NCBI RefSeq assembly: GCF_000025945.1
Contig: NC_006138.1
Span: forward strand, 2,520,001 to 2,552,000
Length of the DNA: 32,000 bases
Reading direction: 5' to 3'
From: Desulfotalea psychrophila LSv54
GTDB taxonomy: Bacteria; Desulfobacterota; Desulfobulbia; Desulfobulbales; Desulfocapsaceae
The translations under genes and the position numbers were made by a program. This document shows positions 26,598 to 32,000 of this stretch, piece by piece. The first letter of the stretch is position 1; each line of letters opens with the position of its first letter. Under the pieces are notes generated by a model. The model worked only from the letters and a program-made list of their open reading frames with translations, did not search any database and was not told where the DNA came from.

Positions 26598-28847
26598 ACA
26601 AAAAACAACCTCACGAAGAAAATCTATCATCCATCTCCGTTTTTCCAACATTTTCTTTTGGGCGGGAATTAAATTAGTTGAGGTGATCTTCATAATACTC
26701 ATCTTATACTCAATGTGGCTGGCAAGACGGTTATCAATGTACCAGGCGTACATAAGCCCTAAGAGCAAACCAGGAGGTGTAAACATTTCGCCTGCATTGG
26801 TAAGCCTTGCATAGTTCAATTTGCTATCGCCTTCTGAATAGTTCATTCTGGCCAACAACAGCCATCGCTGCAACTCTCTATCACTAAAAAAGCAAACCCT
26901 CTCAGCAACAGGACGTAGACGCAAATGATAGACCTGTCCCAGTAGATCATCCCCTATAAAAAGATCCTCCATCTCCTTAGTCAGGGCATAGTTTCCTAAA
27001 AGGGCCTCGCCCAGGGCAATAAGAAATGCTAATTCAAAGGCCTTCTTACTTTCCAACTGGTCACTGCGAATTTTAATAAAACGATCCTTCGGATCATAAA
27101 AAGAAAAGACATTGTCCCATTTCTGATTTCTCCGCCAATCTTCCGGGGCAATGGCGCAAATACCAGAAAAATAGTCAAGATGGGCAAGGGGTATATCCGG
27201 ATGTTGCCAAAGAATACTGTATAAATAATCTCTGACGGCAGAAGTTGAAAATTGCTCAACAACTATTTGCTCAATACGCTGCTGCAAACACCTGTAGCGT
27301 TGCGCGGGCAATAAACTGGTAGAGCATGAGGTATCAACAATGGCACAGTATTTCTGGCGAAAACCCTCTCGGATCGGCAAGTCAAAGAGGTGTCGTGTTG
27401 TATAGAGTACACGTACAGCCTCGGCAAGCATTCTGGGATCATGCTGAATAAAGCCCTGTCTCTGCAAAGCCACCCTTGAATAAACGCCACATTCAACAGG
27501 TTCATAGCCCATCTCCTTGACCACCTCGCGATCGAGATAAATGGGAACCTTACCCTCTACGGCATAATCCTGAAGAACAGAGGCCGGCACATCGTCAAGA
27601 CTCAGACAGAGGATCTCCTCAAAAAGCCCCTTTGCCCCTCCCTGAATGTTATCCTCATAGGCGCGTAACATATCAGAAACACGAAACTTTCTGCTTGGAT
27701 CAGAGATGCTTCGGTCGGTCTCCCCGGTTTGCACCCAAAGATTAGAGACAAGAAGCTTAAGGGCATGAGTATTTGCTCGTACGGCCTCGGCTATCTTGGC
27801 TACTTTAAGTACAGGAATTATAGAGGTATAAAGACTACCAGGAGCAAAGAGAAGCAGATCAGCATCGGCAATATTTGCCAGCACCTCTTCATAAACCATT
27901 GGGCTCCCGCTAAAATCAACGGCAACAGAATCAACAGGGTAACCTCTATTACTGGTGCTCATCTTAAATTCACCAGAAATTTCTACTCCATTTGTATAGA
28001 GGGCATGTAGTTGAGACGGAGTTGAAGTGCAGGGCAAAACAGCACCGCTACCTACCCCTATCATCTGCCCCACCTCCTCCAGAGCATCCTTAATGGCACC
28101 ATGAATATGCTTTGAATTCTCCAAGAAAAAGAGATCCATCTCCACGTCCAGGCGACGATAAATAGCAGCAACAAGGAGCAGGTTGCCAAGGCAGTGAAAT
28201 CTTTTTCTCACAGCAGCCAGACGATCATCTGTTAAGAGATGCTGATATAACCCCCGCAAATACCCCCCCAGAACGGGGGGAAACTGAGCAAAATTGAGCT
28301 CTTCCATCAACTCATCTGAATGAACTGAAAGGGCCAGACGATAATTAAAAACACGACTCAACCCAGCGGTCAGTGACTGACTTTCAACAGTGGAGAGTTG
28401 ATAAAGGGCCTGTAGCTCTTTTAGTTGAACGGAAGAGAGCAGGACGTGGCGAATATCTCCCAGGGCAATCAGAGGAAGATCTTTAAGTAACTCTCCTGTA
28501 GACCCGCCATCATCGGTGACACAGACAACAGACTTCGTCCGGGGGAAAATCTCCTTAAGCCCCGTAAAGGAATCCTGCTGCCAGACAGGGAGACGACTAC
28601 TGCCACCAACAATATTGGCAAGACCGGAGCCACCACCAAAAATTACAACCTTAGCATCCTTTACATCTATAGAGGCAAGCTCATCGTAAAGACGAGAAAG
28701 CTCTCGTGCCGTCTCAGTTTTAAGAGAAGGAGACACCCCCTCCATCATCAGATGCACAAGTTTTTCCTGTATATTTTCCTGCCCCAGGATATCTAAAGGT
28801 GAACGTTGTAAGTTATCTTGAACATTAGAAAAAAAACTCTGTGTCAT
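26574..28847 (-). CDS. CofD/YvcK-like (gluconeogenesis factor/2-phospho-L-lactate transferase-like) protein with long C-terminal extension
   Basis: 757 aa; VVIFGGGSGLANIVGGSS, VVCVTDDGGSTGELLKDLPLIALGDIRHVLLSS, HCLGNLLLVAAIY, LLLFAPGSLYTSIIPVL. Confidence 0.8.
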   Translation of the reverse strand: MTQSFFSNVQDNLQRSPLDILGQENIQEKLVHLMMEGVSPSLKTETARELSRLYDELASIDVKDAKVVIFGGGSGLANIVGGSSRLPVWQQDSFTGLKEIFPRTKSVVCVTDDGGSTGELLKDLPLIALGDIRHVLLSSVQLKELQALYQLSTVESQSLTAGLSRVFNYRLALSVHSDELMEELNFAQFPPVLGGYLRGLYQHLLTDDRLAAVRKRFHCLGNLLLVAAIYRRLDVEMDLFFLENSKHIHGAIKDALEEVGQMIGVGSGAVLPCTSTPSQLHALYTNGVEISGEFKMSTSNRGYPVDSVAVDFSGSPMVYEEVLANIADADLLLFAPGSLYTSIIPVLKVAKIAEAVRANTHALKLLVSNLWVQTGETDRSISDPSRKFRVSDMLRAYEDNIQGGAKGLFEEILCLSLDDVPASVLQDYAVEGKVPIYLDREVVKEMGYEPVECGVYSRVALQRQGFIQHDPRMLAEAVRVLYTTRHLFDLPIREGFRQKYCAIVDTSCSTSLLPAQRYRCLQQRIEQIVVEQFSTSAVRDYLYSILWQHPDIPLAHLDYFSGICAIAPEDWRRNQKWDNVFSFYDPKDRFIKIRSDQLESKKAFELAFLIALGEALLGNYALTKEMEDLFIGDDLLGQVYHLRLRPVAERVCFFSDRELQRWLLLARMNYSEGDSKLNYARLTNAGEMFTPPGLLLGLMYAWYIDNRLASHIEYKMSIMKITSTNLIPAQKKMLEKRRWMIDFLREVVFCKKRNDDD

Positions 28848-28938
28848 AGAATATTCCAGTCATATGAGGGCAATTTATCCAGGGAACATTGTGGGCGTCA
28901 CGACAGGAACCGTCACTGACACCCCAATAAAATAAAGC

Positions 28939-29705
28939 CTATGCCTGCTCCAGCTCCAGCAAATGCGCCTCAACCCGTTTTAGATCTTCTGGGGTGTCAA
29001 CTTCAATAGAGTCGTGCTCTGTCACCGTCACTCGAATCCTGTATCCATATTCAAGGGCTCGAAGTTGTTCCAGTTTTTCAAATTTTTCCCACTCTCCCTC
29101 CGGTAAAGCCACATAGGACAATAAAAAACCTTTACGATAGGCATAAAAGCCAAGATGCTTATAATAGGTTGGAATACCATCCTCCTCGGGATTTCTCTGA
29201 AAGGGAATGGGCGAACGAGAGAAATAGAGGGCATTGCCATTTTTATCAAAAACTGTCTTTACATGATTGGGATCATTGATCTCTTCTGGACGAATAATCT
29301 TATAGATAAGTGTCGACATGGGAAGAGAGGGATCCTCTATAAGAGGGGCTGTCACCTGCTCTATAACGGCCTGGTCAAAAAGAGGTTGATCACCCTGAAT
29401 ATTCACCACCACATCATGTTCAGAAATACCGATCTTCTCAGCGGCCTCTGCCAGCCGATCTGAGCCGGAAACATGATCTGAACGAGTCATTACATACTCT
29501 GCGCCAAAGGAGGACACACAGTCAGCAATACGTTGGTCATCGGTTGCACCCCAACCCGAGAAACAATATCCACCTGCTGAGCGCGCTCCACAACATGTTG
29601 GATCATTGGTTTCCCTGCTATAAGGGCCAGAGGTTTACCACGAAAACGATTTGACTCATAACGGGCAGGGATAATCGCAATAACTTTTGTTTTATTATCT
29701 TGCAT
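28939..29705 (-). pseudogene. kdsB: 3-deoxy-manno-octulosonate cytidylyltransferase (CMP-KDO synthetase), frameshifted as sequenced
   Basis: N-terminal part ([44 protein letters not shown]) is in ORF 29490..29783. The rest ([24 protein letters not shown]...VVVNIQGDQPL...IEVDTPEDL) is in ORF 28939..29517. Reading frame changes at CCCC 29549-29552. Confidence 0.88.
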
Positions 29706-29876
29706 ATAATTCACTATAATATATTGATAATGCGGTTGTTTATGGAGGCACTGCCCATAATGAGGACAGATACCCATGCACAAGAAAATCTTTCTTTTCC
29801 AGATGATTTACACTAACATGTAAAATCTTAGCTATTTTTTTATTTTTACTTCAAATACGCAGGTCAAGCAAATCCA

Positions 29877-30662
29877 ATGTTACATAATATAACACTTTCT
29901 CTTGTACCAGAAATAATCACAGATAATATACTCATAAAAGCAAAAGAAATCGCCCAGTTTCTTAATATTCCCTTAAGCGACAGAAGAGAAGAGTATCCCC
30001 AGGCCCTTATTTGGGACAGAGATGGTCTCAGTCTCTGCAGTATATCTGCAAAGGATGGTTCTCATGCTAAATTACTCTATATCGATTTTATGGGTGGTAA
30101 AAATGGCTATCGGCATGCAAACGACTGCACCACAAGGCAACCAATTGCCAAGGCTGTTGGCATCAAGCCCGGTTTTCGCCCCACTGTTTTTGATGCAACT
30201 GCGGGGATGGGAGGAGATGGTTTTGTTCTTGCCTGCCTCGGTTGCAGGGTCACCCTCTGCGAGAGATCGCCCATAATGTATACCCTCTTGCAAGACGGTA
30301 TTGAGCGGGCCAGACAGGATAGTGTTATGAATAAGATCATGGCAAACCTTGATCTTATTCATAACAACAGCAAGCAGTTCCTAGAAAACCATGGAACGAA
30401 TTACCACACCATCTATATGGATCCCATGTACCCCCATAAAAAAAAATCGGCTCTTAATAAAAAAGAGATGCGGGTTATACGTGATCTTGTCGGTGATGAT
30501 AATGACAGTGATAATCTACTGGAGACGGCGCTCACTGTTGCTGGGAACCGAGTGGTAGTCAAGCGTCCCAAAGGAGCGCCCTACATAGAAGAGAGAAAAC
30601 CACACCATGAAATAACCATGAAAAACAGCAGATTTGATGTCTACTTAACCTCCTACTTATGA
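29877..30662 (+). CDS. rsmJ: 16S rRNA (guanine1516-N2)-methyltransferase RsmJ-like
   Basis: 261 aa; VFDATAGMGGDGFVLACLGCRVTLCERSP, YMDPMYPHKKKSALNKKEMRVIRDLVGDD, RVVVKRPKGAP. Confidence 0.9.
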   Translation: MLHNITLSLVPEIITDNILIKAKEIAQFLNIPLSDRREEYPQALIWDRDGLSLCSISAKDGSHAKLLYIDFMGGKNGYRHANDCTTRQPIAKAVGIKPGFRPTVFDATAGMGGDGFVLACLGCRVTLCERSPIMYTLLQDGIERARQDSVMNKIMANLDLIHNNSKQFLENHGTNYHTIYMDPMYPHKKKSALNKKEMRVIRDLVGDDNDSDNLLETALTVAGNRVVVKRPKGAPYIEERKPHHEITMKNSRFDVYLTSYL

Positions 30663-31114
30663 TATTTTTCGCCGGCCTTTATGGTGTAGGCCCTATAGAG
30701 CTGCTCGACTAAGAGAAGACGAACCATATCGTGGGTAAAGGTCATTTTAGAAAAGGAGAGGCGCAGATCAGCCCTGGCAAGGAGACTGGGAGAAAGCCCT
30801 AAGGGACCACCGATAAGGTAGCAGACACTTCTGGTCCCAGTATTTTCCCAATTAATCACCTGCTCAGCAAGTCCCTCGGAACTGAGATTCTTGCCCTGAA
30901 CATCAAGGGCAACCACAAAGGCGTTGGCAGGAACATTCGCCAGCAACAGCTCCCCCTCCTGCTCTGTGCTGAGCAAAGCACCTTTTTTACCCTTGCCCTT
31001 AAGATAGCGAAGTTCCACTTTAGTATAATGCTGCAAACGCTTCAAATATTCCTCTACGCCTTCGGCAATAAAAGAGTCCTTTATCTTACCGAGTAAGAGT
31101 ATTTCGTGTTTCAT
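30653..31114 (-). CDS. rlmH: 23S rRNA (pseudouridine1915-N3)-methyltransferase RlmH
   Basis: 153 aa; ILLLGKIKD..., LDVQGKNLSSEGLAE, VCYLIGGPLGLSPSLLARADLRLSFSKMTFTHDMVRLLLVEQLYRAYTIKAGEKYHK. Confidence 0.95.
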   Translation of the reverse strand: MKHEILLLGKIKDSFIAEGVEEYLKRLQHYTKVELRYLKGKGKKGALLSTEQEGELLLANVPANAFVVALDVQGKNLSSEGLAEQVINWENTGTRSVCYLIGGPLGLSPSLLARADLRLSFSKMTFTHDMVRLLLVEQLYRAYTIKAGEKYHK

Positions 31115-31168
31115 AATTTTATTGTGATCTGAGAAAATAAGGCTATAAAAAAGCTAGATAGACAGTAG

Positions 31169-31558
31169 CTAGTTGGAAACAGAGGCAAGGTACTGGCGCA
31201 GCAGACCTGAAAAATCCGCATAGGAGTACTCTTTGTTAAGACCTGGACAAGACTCAGCGATGGTTATAAAATTTGCCTCATCGACAAGAATAGCTGGGTG
31301 CAAAGGCCATTGACGACATCTCCAAGGACGTCCCTCATGCACCTCACAGCCCTCTGAGCTAAAAAAAATACAGTGTCCATCAACTGTTTTCATTTGTACC
31401 TCACCAGCAGTCACACGCAGAAAACGTTCAAACATCTCTGAGCGTGATATACCAAGGGCACTCTGCATCCTTTCCTGGTCATCCTTATCAAGGGATACCG
31501 TAGACTCCCCCTGACAACAAAAGCCACATCTGGCGCATGCAAATATTTCTTCTCGCAA
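31169..31558 (-). CDS. YkgJ-family cysteine cluster (Zn/Fe-chelating) protein
   Basis: 129 aa; CARCGFCCQGES...DGHCIFFSSEGCEVHEGRPWRCRQWPLHP...ESCPGL cysteine pattern. Confidence 0.8.
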   Translation of the reverse strand: MREEIFACARCGFCCQGESTVSLDKDDQERMQSALGISRSEMFERFLRVTAGEVQMKTVDGHCIFFSSEGCEVHEGRPWRCRQWPLHPAILVDEANFITIAESCPGLNKEYSYADFSGLLRQYLASVSN

Positions 31559-31630
31559 AGCTACTCACCCCACTATTTGATTTTTACTGAAGAACTCTTC
31601 ATTAAACAGCAGGCTATCCTACACTAAAAA

Positions 31631-32000
31631 TCAAGCATACCCAAGATTTTCATTAAAGGTGGTAATATCTATGCCATAGTAGGCGGCGGCAGCCTTCCAT
31701 TTTTCTCCGTCTGGCAAATCAAATATCACCTGTTCATCACCCGGCACAACAAGCCAGCTATTATCCCGTAACTCCAACTCCAACTGCCCGGATTCCCAGC
31801 CGACATAACCGACCAAGAAGAGATAATTGCGGGAACTGTTCTCCCCTACAACCAATTCGAGTAACTCTTTTTCTCGACTGAGGGAAATATTATCGGTGAT
31901 ATCTATGTGATTACCCTCATAGGGATGGGATCGATAGAGAACAAAGGCAGCATCGAGGGAAACAGGTCCGCCAATATAAACGGAGGGAAGCTCTGCCCTG
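31631..32000 (-). CDS. YqgE/AlgH (UPF0301) family protein, partial (5' end beyond window)
   Basis: Reverse-strand frame stays open to the window edge: RAELPSVYIGGPVSLDAAFVLYRSHPYEGNHIDITDNISLSREKELLELVVGENSSRNYLFLVGYVGWESGQLELELRDNSWLVVPGDEQVIFDLPDGEKWKAA..., matching the GGPV / GYxGWxxGQLExE pattern. Confidence 0.85.
   Translation of the reverse strand, partial: RAELPSVYIGGPVSLDAAFVLYRSHPYEGNHIDITDNISLSREKELLELVVGENSSRNYLFLVGYVGWESGQLELELRDNSWLVVPGDEQVIFDLPDGEKWKAAAAYYGIDITTFNENLGYA

Noticed and set aside
1-32000. CRISPR arrays, tRNA/rRNA genes, phage or defence modules
   Set aside because: No regularly spaced repeats were seen by eye, no tRNA-like or rRNA core sequences were noticed, and no Cas, restriction-modification, toxin-antitoxin or phage structural motifs were found in the ORF translations.

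Overview
The window is gene-dense and looks like a Gram-negative, probably deltaproteobacterial (Desulfotalea/Desulfobulbales-like) chromosome; that lineage is inferred from gene families only. Most of it is housekeeping content: a DMT permease, a Crp/Fnr regulator, dinB, sppA, a cold-shock protein, a two-gene methionine synthase, malic enzyme, a KamA-type radical SAM enzyme, an HDOD-GGDEF protein, priA, hrpA, a long CofD/YvcK-like protein, kdsB, rsmJ, rlmH, a YkgJ-like protein and a partial YqgE/AlgH protein. The main accessory block is a five-gene hoxEFUYH-type bidirectional NAD-linked [NiFe]-hydrogenase operon (about 21.3-26.25 kb). It has a long, mostly non-coding 5' flank that may contain decayed mobile DNA. 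Items worth a second look are: kdsB split by an apparent 1-nt frameshift at a G4 run, a MetH with its homocysteine module on a separate ATGA-overlapping gene, a 757-aa CofD/YvcK-like protein with a large uncharacterised C-terminal part, a terminator-like hairpin in the cold-shock leader, and a 16-bp perfect stem overlapping the yvcK stop codon. I found no CRISPR array, phage, defence island or convincing wholly new multi-gene system.
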